Source of the DNA: the human T2T-CHM13v2.0 reference genome, Homo sapiens
Length of the DNA: 64,000 nt
Reading direction: 5' to 3' (one strand)
Assembly: GCF_009914755.1 (NCBI RefSeq)
Contig: NC_060940.1
Part shown: in pieces, positions 33,779-46,300 of the stretch
How positions within the stretch are numbered: the first letter of the stretch is position 1
Layout: each line of letters begins with the position of its first letter
Position numbers and translations under genes: made by a program
The notes under the pieces: model-generated
Told to the model about the DNA's origin: nothing
Databases searched by the model: none
Seen by the model: only the letters and a program-made list of their open reading frames with translations

Positions 33779-34371
33779 CCTTTCAATGAGGAATAACTCT
33801 GCCCATTAGTCGTCATGGCTTCATCAGTGACTTGTTATCTGGCCACTCAAAGTAGAAGCTCATCTGTGAGAAGGAGAAATAGGGGTAAGCAAAGAGTCAG
33901 GCAGAGTGTCCACCCCCCTTAAAGGAGAAGGCTTTAGAGGGTCCAACGCAGGTGGTAAGACCCTTCAGACTGTCCTTCAGATTCTTCCACCCACCCAGGA
34001 ATGTCAAGGGCACCGTGGACCCAGAGGTCTTTCTCAATGTTGTCCTCCCAATGTGACAGCCTGTACGGCCATTGCAAAGTAGGACACAGAATTGCAGGAG
34101 GAAGTGGATGTTCTGGGATTCTTTAGCCGTATCTTTGGGGCTGTTGACTGGTCAAGGAAAGAGAGAGCCTCAGAGCATAGCAAAAGGAGGGCAGGGCTAG
34201 GAATCAGAAAGCCCCAGTTCTTGCAAGAGTTCCAACACTTACTATTGCTGTGAGTTGAGTCCATTACTCAAGTATCTGTCTATTCTTCAATAAAATGGGG
34301 ATAACAGCATCTCCTCTGCCTGTACATGGACTAGAGTGTACACACTAACTGAGCTAACAGGTCTGAGAATC

Positions 34372-35032
34372 TGCATATCAGTCAGGGCTGCATTTCAGTC
34401 AAGAGAGGCAACATCACCAGGAGATATATGTCCTAAGGGATTTATATAGTGATTTGACTCTACGCAATGGTGGGAGCTGGGGGCACAGTCTACATGAGGC
34501 CGCTGTTTCTGTGTCTTGTGCTAGAACCTGACATCCATGGGACACATAGGCAGGAAAGGATGATGGACATGAAGTGGAGAATCGCGAAGACAAACGGGAA
34601 CCTGAGAGACTGAGCTGGAACTAAGAGGACAGGCCAGAACTCACGTAGGTCTGTCACTGCCTCCAAGTCTCCAGCATCAATGATGGGAGAATCCTGCAGC
34701 AGTAGCTGATGCTCTTCATTGTGCAGTTTAACGAGCATCTGAGCCAGGAGTGGAGAGAACGGAAAGAGGATCCAGGAACTGTGGGCCTGGCTGCTTCCCC
34801 ACCAACCCAGTGAACCAGCAGATAAGAGACAATGTGCGTGAGCTGCATCACCCCCTGCAGGCTCCGGCCTCCCCCAGCACAGAAAACAACATGGCTGCTG
34901 CCCCACATCCACCTTCTGAATCTTACTCAGAATGTCCCTGTGGCTCAAGTCAACCTGGAACTCTGCAGGGAAGTGAGTTCTGAGAAATGAAGTTCAATTT
35001 TCGCTAAGTTGGCACAATACAAATCCATCACA
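34372..35032 (-). mobile_element. ERVL LTR (MLT2E/F-like)
   Basis: ggatttat...gatttgac...gcaatggtgggagctgg pattern of an antisense MLT2-group LTR. Confidence 0.5.
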
Positions 35033-35142
35033 ATTTGTCACATCCAAATTACCAGGACAATAAAAGGGGAGAAAAATCCAAAAAGCTTCTTTCCAGCAAA
35101 GCTCACTTAATTGGAAGCATATTGGGGCCATGAAATAGCTTG

Positions 35143-35593
35143 GTGTCAAGCCAGACCCCTGTTGTCTCTAATAGGTTTGGCACCATGTCCACCAGGCCAA
35201 AGGAGATACCCAGAGCCAGTGAATAAGACACAGGGTTCATTGAGGATTCAAATACCGAGCAGTCCAGGAGTGGCAGGCTGGACAGGAGGACCACCACCAT
35301 TTGTAAAAAGCATGCAGTTTATATGCCAGTTTTCACTTAGCATCCTCCACCTAGCAACCTCCACCTAGCAATCTCCATTTAACCCAACACAAAGGGCCTC
35401 GATCCCCCAGACAGCCTGCATTTCAAGGGATAAGCCAGAAATTCAGACGCCCTTCATAGATAAGGAGTGAATCTTCAAATTGGCCACTCCCAGATTCCTT
35501 AGCTCAGAAATCCAAACACACATTCTTCCTAAACCATAGTATCATTCTCAGTGTCTGCTTGAGTTTTCGCTGTCAGATGCGTCTGCCATTCAC
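35143..35593 (-). mobile_element. Solo LTR (LTR47-like); related fragment at about 24760-24910
   Basis: TG...CA-bounded; gccagac.cctgttg...ggcaccatgtc...ggccaaag...cccagagccagtgaa occurs at both sites. Confidence 0.6.
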
Positions 35594-35750
35594 TTGGTTA
35601 TGGACAGCTCTCTGTAGAGTGGAGGTAATAATATTACCATCATGAAATTACACACAAGTGACTTTTGTTTTTCCCCATGCAGTTGTTGAAGCACTTTGGA
35701 AAACCCAAGGCCTACAGTTTCTTCATTTCTTCTATTAAAAATAATTAAGA

Positions 35751-36050
35751 GGCCGGGCCTGGTGGCTCACGCCTGTAATCCCAGCACTTTGGGAGGCCAA
35801 GGCAGGTGAATCGCTCGAGGTCAGGAGTTTGAGACCAGCCGGGCCAACATGGCAAAACCCTGTCTCTACCAAAAATACAAGAGTTAGCTGGGTGTGGCGG
35901 TGCACACCTGTAATCCCAGCTACTCAGGAGGCTGAGGCAGGAGAATCACTTGAACCCAAGTGACAGAGGTTGCAGTTAGCTGAGATTGCACCACTGCACT
36001 CCAGCCTGGGCAACAGCATGAGATCCTGTCTCAAATAATAATAATAATTA
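35751..36050 (+). mobile_element. Alu (AluS)
   Basis: Sense dimer. Confidence 0.92.
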
Positions 36051-37225
36051 TAAGGAATATTATTCAGCCATAAAAAGGGAATGGAGTTCTGATGCATGCT
36101 ACAACACAGATGAAGCTTGAAAACATTATGCTAAGTGAAGCAAGCCAAACACAAAAGGACAAATATAGCACGATTCTACTGAGAAGAGGTACCCAAAGCA
36201 GGCAAATTCATAGAGACCAAAAGCAGACTGGGAGGGCTAGGGGGAGGCAGGAATGGGGAGCTATTGTTTAACCAGTGAAGAGTTTCTGTTAGGATGGATG
36301 AAAGAGTTCTGGAAATGGTCCAGGAGTGATGGCTCACGCCTGTAATCCCGGCACTTTGGGAGGCCAAGGCTGGAGGATCACCTGAGGTCGGGAGCTCAAG
36401 ACCAGCCAGACCAACATGGCGAAACCCTGTTTCTACTAAAAATACAAAAATTAGCCCGGCATGGTGGCATACGCCTGTGATCACAGCTACTTGGGAGGCT
36501 GAGGCGGGAGAATCGCTTGAACCAGGAGGTGGAGGTTGTAGTGAGCCGAGATCACGCCACTGCACTCCAGCCTGAGTGACAAAGTGAGACTCCGTCTCAA
36601 AACAAAAACAAAAACAAAAACAAAAACACCAAGAAACAACAAAAAAAGTAACACTTCTGGAAATGGATAGTGGTGATGGTTGCACAACATTGTGAGTGTG
36701 CTTCATGCCCTGAATTGTACACTTAAAAAATGGCTAAGGTGCTCAATTCAGCAGCACATATACTAAAATTGGAATGATATAGAGAAGATTACCATGGCCT
36801 CTAAAAAATGTAAAAATAAGAAAAAAATGGCTAAGCTTGGAGGAATGCTGAGAAGATTGTCAAAGCATACAAAATCTCAGGCAGGAGGAGTATATGTTGT
36901 TTTGAGTTCTATTGCACGGTGAAGCGAATATAATTAATAATAGAGTATTGTACATTTCAAAATTGCAAGAGAGCAAATTTCAAATGCTCTCACCACAAAA
37001 ACATGTTAAATATTTGAAGTGATGGATACGTTAACTAGCTTGATTTAATTATTCCACATTGTATTCATAAATCATAGCATCACTTTGCACCCCACACATT
37101 TATGCAATTATAAATTGTCAGTTTACAATAAATGACTTTTAGGTTTAATGGTAAATTTAAAGTTAATGGTAAAGCTAAAATGGTAAATTTTGTTGTGTAT
37201 ATTCGATCACAATTAAAAAGTAAAT
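36051..37225 (+). mobile_element. L1MB 3' end carrying nested AluS (36317-36648), U6 copy and L1MA 3' end (36836-37140)
   Basis: L1MB motifs resume after each insertion; Alu TSD ttctggaaatgg. Confidence 0.85.
36739..36802 (+). pseudogene. U6 snRNA retropseudogene (5' 64 nt)
   Basis: gtgctcaattcagcagcacatatactaaaattggaatgatatagagaagattaccatggcctct matches U6 nt 1-64. It is followed by an A-rich tail and flanked by the 14-bp TSD aaaaaatggctaag (36725-36738 and 36822-36835). Confidence 0.93.
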
Positions 37226-37849
37226 AAATGAGTGGGTACCTACTATGTGCCTGGGAAAGCTTCATTCTCTCCTGTGGTGTCTGATTTAAAAGAACTTCCA
37301 GGGCCCAAATCCAGAGGATTTGCCCAGAGGTAAAAGAATCAGTTGCTGGGAGCCTCTGCTATATTTCTCAACCCAGCCTCTTCCATGGAGGTGCCAATAA
37401 TCCAACTGGACAGATGGAGGGCCATTTTTACCCCAGTCCCAACAGAACATTCACCAAATAAAAATAGCCTTGCCCAGAGGGTTTCCTCTCAACCAGGCAG
37501 GTTTCTTCCCATCCAAATAGGGAGGGATCCCCACTGATTGTGATACTTACCATGAATTCCAGGAAGCCAGAAATAGGAATGAGCCTCTGAACCTCTACGC
37601 TGCCGTCCTTTGTTTGCAGCCCTGCTGGCTCCTAGAAAGGGCCTGTACAATCCCATCCACCCACCTACATCTTACCTATCTTCAAACGATAGCCCAAGTT
37701 TTGCCTTCTCCAGGAAGTCTCTCTCACTGCCCAAGCCTGGAGTCTGCAAAGGGCTGGAGGAAATTTCTCCCCTTTCCTGCAGTCAAAATATACCTCCTAT
37801 TTGGCCATATTGTTTCCTTGATTTCCCTATTAGACAGAATATTCTAATT

Positions 37850-38100
37850 CTAATGGTGCCAGTGCCATTCATGAAATTCTTACAGTGTACCAGGCAAGAT
37901 GCCACCCAATTTACATTAACCCTCTCATTTACTTCTCACAACAATCCTATATAATGAGCCTTACACTTATCTCCATTTACAAATGAGGAAACTGAGGTTC
38001 AGAGAGGTTAAGTAACTTGCCCAAGGGCATACAGTCAATAAATAGAAGCACTGGAATTGGATCCAACTCTGACTCCAGAAACTATGCACAGAACCACTAA
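37850..38100 (-). mobile_element. MIR
   Basis: gaggaaactgaggttcagagaggttaagtaacttgcccaagg. Confidence 0.8.
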
Positions 38101-38269
38101 GCCTTGGCTTCCACACTTTTTAGACAATGACCCTCAGGAAGATATACATTTTACACGGTGACCCAGTACACACCCACATGTGCACCAATGCACACACACA
38201 ACAAAAACAAAATTTCACAAAACAACACTTACCATATCTATTCTAATTATTATTTTTTGAATAACACAT

Positions 38270-38471
38270 TTTTATGTGTTATTGGTGAAATGCACATAAC
38301 ATAAAGTTTATCATCTTAACCATTTTTAAGTTTACAGTGGTATTAAGCACATTCACATTGTTTTGCAACTATTATCATAATCCTTCTCCAGACCAGATCT
38401 CTATCTCTCTCCTCTTTCTCTGTTATAAAATAGTTATAAAATGTTACATGAAATATATATAAATACATATA

Positions 38472-38541
<70 letters not shown>

Positions 38542-40790
38542 GGTCTTTCTGTGTTGTCCAGGCTGGTCTTGAACTCCTGGCCTCAGGCAATTCTCCCACC
38601 TCAAATTACAGGCATGAGCCACCACACTAAACCTCCAGATATTTTTTCATCTTGCAAAACTAAAGCTCTTTGTTCACTAAACAATATCTCTCTATTCCCT
38701 CCCACCTCAACCTTCTCCCCACCCAACCAGCATTCTACTTTCTCTCTATGAATTTGACTACTCTGGGTACCTCATATAAGCAGAATCACACAGTATTTGT
38801 CTTTTTGTGACTGGCTCGTTCATAGCCACCTTGCTGTCTTCTGGTTACTATTTGCTTTGAATATCTTTTTCATCCTTTCACTTTCACCCTATTTGTATCC
38901 CTAGATCTAAAGTATCTTGTTGACAGCGTATAGTTGGATGGTGTTTTTTTAAGTGATTCATTCTGCCAATCTCTGTTTTTAGATTGGATAATTTAATCCA
39001 TTTAAATTTAAAGTAATTACTGAGGGACTCAGTTTTTGTCATTTTGCTATTTGCTTTCTATATGCCTTATGCTTTTTTGTCCCTCATTTCCTGTGCTCCT
39101 GTCTTCTTTTGTGTTTATTTGATATTTTTGAAGTGACATGTTTTAATTCCCTTCTCATTTCCTTTTATGTATAAATGTATATTCCACTATTTTCCTTGTA
39201 GTTACCATGGGGATTACATTTAACATCCTAATGTTATAACACTCTGATCTGAATTTAAACCAGCATGACTTCAATAACATACAAAAATTCTGCTTCTGTC
39301 AGCTCTGTCCCCACCCCTGTTTAGTTATTCATGTTGCAAAGTTGTGTCTTTATACATTGTGTATCCAAAACCAAAAACTAGTAATTTCTTATGCATTAAT
39401 CTTTTAAATAGTGTAGAAAACAAAATGTACACTAATACGAACCAAAGTTACTATAATACAATCTTTTATAATTACCCATGTATTTATTTTTATTAAAATA
39501 TTTATTTCCTCATACAGCTTTGAATTACTGTCTAGTGTTCTTCCATTTCAACCTGCAGGACTTCTTTTAGCATTTCTTGCAGGGCAGGTCTAGTGGTAAT
39601 GAACTTCTTCAGTTCATTTTTGTTTATTTGGGGATGTCTTAATTTCTCTTTTACTTTGGGAGGACAGTTTTGCCAGATACAGAATTCTTGGTTCACAGTT
39701 TTTTTTTTTTCAGTACTTTGACTATATCAGTCCACTGCCTTCTTGCCCTCAAAGTTTCTAATGAGAAATCTGCTGATAATCTTATTGAGGATCCCTTATA
39801 TGTGACAAGTTGCTTCTCTCTTGATATTTTCAAGATTTTTTTCTTTATCTTTGGCTTTCAACTGTTTTATTATAATGTGTTTTGGTAGGAGTCTCTTTGA
39901 GTTCATCCTATCGGAGTTTATTGAACTTCTTGGATGTTTATGTCTTTCATCATTTGGGGAAATTTTCAGCCATTAGTTCTTTTTTTTTTTTTTTTCTCAG
40001 TGATTATTCCCTTTATTTTTACGTAATGTAAATGTAGCTAGCAGGTTTAAAAAAAAAACTTTTACTAGAAGCTGATATATATCTCTTAACATCACTATCT
40101 ATTTAATTTTTTTTTTTTTTTGAGACAGGGTCTCTTGCTCTGTCACCCAGGCTGGAGTGGCAGTGTTGCAATCTCAGCTCACTGCAACCTCCGCCCCCCA
40201 GGCCCAAGCGACTCTCTGGCCTCAGCCCCCCAAGCAACCGGGACCACAGGTGCGTGACACCACACCTGTCTAATTTCAGCCATTATTTCTAAAAAAAAAA
40301 AAACAAACAAAAAAATCTCCCTGCCCCTTTCTCTCTCTTTTCTTGTGGGACCCCCCCCCTCCCAGGTTGAGGAGAGCAAAAGAAAAGAAAAAAAAAGGGC
40401 CCTTTAAATCCCCTGGAAGTTGCTTCAGCCAGAGGGGGAGGAGCTTGCAATAGCATAGGGAGGTGGGCAACAATGGCTACCCACCATGTGTCCGCACCTT
40501 CATAATCAGGAGCAGCAATCACAATCAGAACACAGAGCCCCAATTTTTTAAAGACAAAGCTCCTTTTGTTCACCCTGGCTCCCTTGCAACCTGCAAGCTG
40601 CTATAGGAACATGTGGACAGTTCCCTGCCACCATGCTGAGGATAGGTAACTGTTATCTTGCTACCAGCTGAAATTGACTGAAATTAACCACAATTTACCA
40701 TCCAAGCCTTCTCTTGGAAGTTGCAATCCTTCAAATAGATGCCAGTGTTATAAAATAGTTACATCAAATACAAATATATATATATATATA

Positions 40791-40821
<31 letters not shown>

Positions 40822-41100
40822 TTGAGAGAGAGGGAGAGACAGAGAGACAGGAGAGAGAGAGAGAGAGAGAGACAGAGAGACAGGAGAGAGAGAGAGAGTG
40901 TGGGCCGGTCTCAAACTCCTGAGCTCAAGTGATTCACCCACCTCGGCCTCTAAAAGTGCTGGCATTGCAGGTGTGAGCCATTGTGCTCAGCCAAAAATAG
41001 TTACATCAAATAGATTCTGCCAGTGCAATTGTTATTTAGGTAGGGAGACGGATTCCTGATGTTTCCTGCTCTGCCATCTTCCCAGAATCCTCCTCTAATT
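38270..41100 (-). mobile_element. Old L1 (L1M/L1MB) antisense fragments with nested FLAMs and (TA)n(GA)n tracts (38455-38540, 40775-40900)
   Basis: T-rich antisense L1 ORF2-like sequence (catttcttgcagggcaggtctagtggtaatgaac...gagaaatctgctgataatcttattg) and 3' UTR motifs. Confidence 0.8.
39981..40273 (-). pseudogene. 5'-truncated retrocopy of a polyadenylated transcript 3' end (Alu right arm + unique sequence + AATAAA + polyA)
   Basis: 17-bp TSD tttcagccatta(g/t)ttct (39964-39980, 40274-40290); two poly(A) tracts on the - strand; AATAAA at 40012-40017 (-). Confidence 0.75.
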
Positions 41101-41437
41101 ATTTTTAAATCCACTAAGTCCACTAAATTCATTTCCCAACCCACTAATGGTTTGCAACCTGCAGCCTGAAAAATTACTGGACTAAACTATGCCAAATTGT
41201 CAGCACTTAAAAATTTTCTAAGCACCTACTATGAGTCAGCTGTGAAATCTGGCTGATGGTCTCAAGAGAAATGAGACAGGGCCCCTGGCTTCAGAGATTT
41301 TGCATTCTAGGACAGGAGTGTGGAAGAGACAGAGAAAGAGATGACTCGTCATTTGAGCATCTATGATATACCAAACTCTTTGCCAGGCACTTACACATCT
41401 GATGTCACTGGTTTTCAGACCAATTCTATGAATTAGG

Positions 41438-41600
41438 TCAGTGTTCCTCAAACTCTTATGTGCATAAGAGTCACCTGGGGATCTTGTGAAAATGCAGATT
41501 CCTGTTCAGCAGGTCTGGACCAGGGCCTGAGAGCCTGCATTTCTAAGAAGTTCCCAGGTGATCCCTATGCTGCTGGTCTAGGGAACACATTTTGAGTGAC
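41438..41600. mobile_element. MER5A
   Basis: cagtgttcctcaaact...tcacctggggatcttgtgaaaatgcagattcc...ctgcatttctaa. Confidence 0.85.
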
Positions 41601-43043
41601 TAGGAGTCATGTGTTTTAAGACTTGTTTTTGTAATCCAGGTGCAGTGACACTCACCTGTAGTCCCAGCTACTCAGGAGGCTGAAGCAGGAGCATCACTTG
41701 AGCCCAGAAGTTTGAGTCGAGCCTAGGCAACATAGAGAGACCTCATCTCTTTAAAAAAATGTTTTTAATAAGAAAATAAAAATAAAACTATTTATTGACT
41801 CATTCCTACATAACAAGCACCATACTCGGCACTCAGAATGTAATAATGAAGCCACAACTTGAACGCAGAGCTCTCTGATTTCAAACTTATGCTCATACCC
41901 AAAGAAGTGGGAACAATTGTTCTCAATACACAGGAACGGAAACAATAGGAGATGGCGCTGGGAGGGAGGGTAGAGACCAGGTCAGGACCAGTCTCCAGGG
42001 CCAGGCTGGGGGACTGGTGGGCACTTTAGCTGTCATGGAGGGCATGATTTGATGCAGTCTGACTGGTGGTCAGGGTAAGCTGATGCCGCCCTTCTGAGTT
42101 CCTTGAGGCCAAAAAGCCTATGAGTCACACGGCAAGTCACTTCCAATACATGCCCCATGAGGCAGCACTTTCCGCAGTAGCCTTGAACTATTCGCTCTGT
42201 AGCTTCCAAATGAGTCTTTGGGGGCAGGTTTGCCAAATAGCACAGCGGGTCCAACCCACCAAAGGCCTCCATAGCCTGTGATCTGTCAGTCTCAGATTCT
42301 TGCCCCTCAGCAAGACACTTGGCTTAACAATCAAAGCCACCGTGGCTCTGAAATGCTCAAATATTTATTCCACTCACTGTTTGCAATTTGCTTTGTGTGA
42401 TTTCTAAAGCTGGAGTGCTTCCAACCACAAGGAACAGCTTGGCAAGACCACTGCTGACTGCAAAGAGACTCAGTGCCCTTCAGCAGATACAAATGAGCAC
42501 CAACCTTGTTCCATTTCCTGCAATAGGCATTAGGAGCATGGGGAGATTTGAAAATGTGATACAGAGGCCCCAATGTCATTATATGGGCTGTGTGTCCCTC
42601 TCTGCTCAGAAGTGGCTCAGAGAAAATCCAAATGGCCAGTAACCATGGCCAGCTCCATAATAAGATACAGGGAACCAAAACATCAGCAGGATGACATGAT
42701 TCTTCCTTCAGAAATGTAAAAGATAGAAAACATTTGGTGTTGGAGGTGTTGTAGTGAAATAGACACCTTCATATACTGTTATTGGGAAGGCTGATTTGAG
42801 AAACTTTGGAAGCAATTTGGGAGTTTTTGTTGGGAGTCTGGACATGTTCAATGGTTTCTGACCCAATAATTTTACTTCCAAGAGCCTATCACTAAAGAGA
42901 CAAACACAGGACTTGATGTAAGAATTGAGAGCTCTGTGTTCTGGGCACACATGCCTTGGAACTCTTACGGCAAGTTGTGAAGGAATCAATAGCTTGTGCG
43001 TAGTTCTCCATAGGGTATGGGACAGATCTAAAGAAATGTGCTT

Positions 43044-43410
43044 CAAGATACAGGTCATAAAGACCTTCCTGATAAAACAGGTTGCAGTAAAGAAGCTGGC
43101 AAAAACCAAGATAGTGACGAGAGTGACCTCTGGTCATCCTCACTGCTACACCCCCACCAGTGTCACGACAGTTGACAGATGTCACGGCAACATCAGGAAG
43201 TTACCCTACATGGTCTAAAAAGGGGAGGAACCCTCAGTTCTGGGAATTGCCCACCCCTTTCCCAGAAAACTGATTAATAATCCACCCCTTATTTAGCATA
43301 TAATCAAGAAATAATCATAAACATGGGTAACCAGCCCTCAGGGCTGCTCTGCCTATGGAGCAGCCATTCTCTTATTCCTTTACTTTCTTAATAAACTTGC
43401 TTTCACTTTA
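43044..43410 (+). mobile_element. MER41(B-like) ERV1 LTR fragment, U3-R only, A-rich tail
   Basis: caagatacaggtcataaagacc...gagagtgacctctggtc...aataaacttgctttcacttta matches the MER41 consensus. The match stops at the polyA site; the 5' end and U5 are missing. Confidence 0.88.
43238..43267. promoter_or_regulatory. Tandem STAT GAS motifs (TTCTGGGAA 43238-43246; TTCCCAGAA 43259-43267)
   Basis: Two exact TTCN3GAA matches at the position known for MER41B. Activity is not shown by sequence alone. Confidence 0.6.
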
Positions 43411-43537
43411 AAAACAGAAAGGAAGGAAGGAAGGAATGAAGGAAGGAGGAAGGGGAAAGAAGACAGAAGAAAGGAAGGAAGGAAAGAAAGAAAGAAAGAT
43501 GTGCTTGCAACCTGTTTGATGATCCTTCTTGCTCTCT

Positions 43538-43682
43538 CTTTTTTTTTTTTTTTTTTTTTTCTTACTGAGATGGGGCTTCACTGTGTTGCCCAGACCGGTC
43601 TTGAACTCCTGGCCTTAAGCAATCTTCTCTCTTCAGCATCCCAAAGTGCTGGGATTATAGGCCTGAGCCACCGTGCCCGGCC
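43538..43682 (-). mobile_element. FLAM
   Basis: Antisense monomer with tgatcct flanks. Confidence 0.85.
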
Positions 43683-44683
43683 TCTGATCCTACTCTTGTG
43701 GCTGCCAGGCTGTTACAGCTCTAAAAACACGAGATTATATTCAGCCTCCTTCCTTGAGGGGCTCACAATCCAGTAGGGAAGAAACATGTTTACATAAAAA
43801 TAACAGACTTGAGGTTGGGTGCTGTGAGGGAGGGACAGTACCAGGAACCAATCCTTACCAAGAGCCCACTGTGTGCTGGGCACCTCATTTGTGTTATCTC
43901 AGCTAAGCCCCATTCTTCTGGCCACTGTGGTTGTTTCAAGGGGAGGCACATGACTCCCCTGGTCCAATCAAATGGTTCTCTGAGATTTTACCAGGAGAGA
44001 GTAATATTTCTTCCCTCTAATACCAAGCTGTCTTCCCTCTAGAATACCTAGCTGAGCTGACTGATGGCAGCTTGGTATGGCCTAAGGACTCCTTCTTCAT
44101 TGAGGCCAAAGCACAGAGAGGAGCTCAGCCAAAAGACAGAGATTCTTGACGTTGTTGTTTGAGTCCCTGGGCCCACCGCTGAGATTCCTAATTACAAGAA
44201 CCAATAAACTTCACTTACTGCTGGCTTGTTTTGGGTTTCTGTCACTTGCAATAGAAAAAATCTACATGGAAACAAATACAAACATGGCAGGCAATGTGAA
44301 CATGTGTCTCTTCTTGCTACTTTAAGTGCCCTTCCTTAATGCCCACTATGGCAAAGCCCTTTCCTCCATGGACTCCTCCTAACAAACTGGCAGACATTAT
44401 TAACTCCCCTTTCCACAGTGGAGGAAACAGTTTGAGAGGCTAAGAACTTTTCCAGCATCACCCAACCGTTCAGTGGCTGAGCAGGGATTTGAATTCAGAT
44501 CTGCCTTACACCAAAGCCCACGACTTAGCTGCTACCCTATACCATGGGAGGACCTGGGTTCCTCCCACCCTAGAAAGAGTGATTGTACCTGGTAGTTCTT
44601 TGGGTTCTGATCATTCTTTTGGGTTTCCTATGGGGCTGGGAACATTGTAGGGATTTAGTAAATAAGGCAATGACTCATTTTCA

Positions 44684-45150
<467 letters not shown>

Positions 45151-45624
45151 AAAAAGGATGGAACAAAATGCATGTAATGTTCTTGTCATAGAGATAGCAT
45201 TTGATTAATGTTTGCTATTATTATTCTTATTGACAAATGTCTGAATTCCAGGAGGATTCTAGAAATTATGAAGCAGACAGCATCATTGGAAGAAAAAAAA
45301 TGTGCTGCTGCCCATAGCAACTACTATGAGACCATCACACTACTGACTGTAGAGGAGTGATTGTGAAGAAGGCAGCCACTCTCACCAGCTGGGGCTGATG
45401 TGCTGGTATCTTGGCCAATGAGATGGGACCAGCACTCTTGTCTGATGTCTCATTGGTAGCCTTCATTAGAGGAGCTTCCTGGGCTGGGTAAGTAACTTTT
45501 GCTTAAACTAGCTGGGCAGAACCGCAAAATGAGTGTTCTTTTTGCCTTGGAATAAGTTGAGAAAGGGTACAGGCAGCAGGAAGGAAGACAAGATTTGGAG
45601 TAGAGAAAAAAGAAAGAAATACTC

Positions 45625-46300
45625 TATATTAGTGTATAAGCTAAGCTGCTATAACAAAGAGATCTCAAAATAGAATGGCTGTGGGGTTTTTAAAGTTTAT
45701 TTCTTGCTTTTATTTTTGTCTTGTTTTGTTTTCTTAAGAGACAGGGACTTGCTCTGTCACCCAGGCTGGATTGCAGTGGTACAATCCTGGTTCACTGCAG
45801 CCTTGAACTCCTGGGCTCAAGCAATTCCTCCCCCTTAGCCTCCCAAGTAGCTGGGACTAGAGGCACATGCCACCACACCCAGCTAATTTTATTAATTTAT
45901 TTGGGATGGGGTCTTGCTATGTTGTCCAGGCTGGTCTTGAACCCCTGGCTTCAAGCGATCCTCCCACCTAGGCTGTTTCTTGCTTTTGTAAGAGTTCAGA
46001 AGTGAGCAGTCCAGGCTGACGAGGTAACTCTGAGCCACACAGTCCTTCAGGGGTGAAATTTTCTTCCAATTTGTTTCATGTAATAGATGTGGCCCCACCC
46101 TATCCATCACTCACCTATGGGAAAGAGAAAAAGAAAAGTAGCAAGGCAAGAAAGTTCCTTTTAAGCAAGTGATGCAGATGCTTGCTGACATCATTCCTGC
46201 TCATATTCCATCAGTGAGGACTTATTCCCATGGCAGCACCTCACTGCAGGAGAGACTGGGAAATACAGCCTCAAGCCGGCAAATCTGTGCCCAGTGAGAC
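45625..46300 (-). mobile_element. MLT1 (MaLR) LTR interrupted by an antisense AluJ (45715-45972)
   Basis: gctaagctgctataacaaa...ggagactgggaaatacagcc. Confidence 0.65.

Noticed and set aside
42033-42678. ORFs in a unique block (MEAFGGLDPLCY..., LVPCILLWSW...)
   Set aside because: No family is recognisable in any frame and splice signals are inconsistent; worth a conservation check but not supportable as coding.
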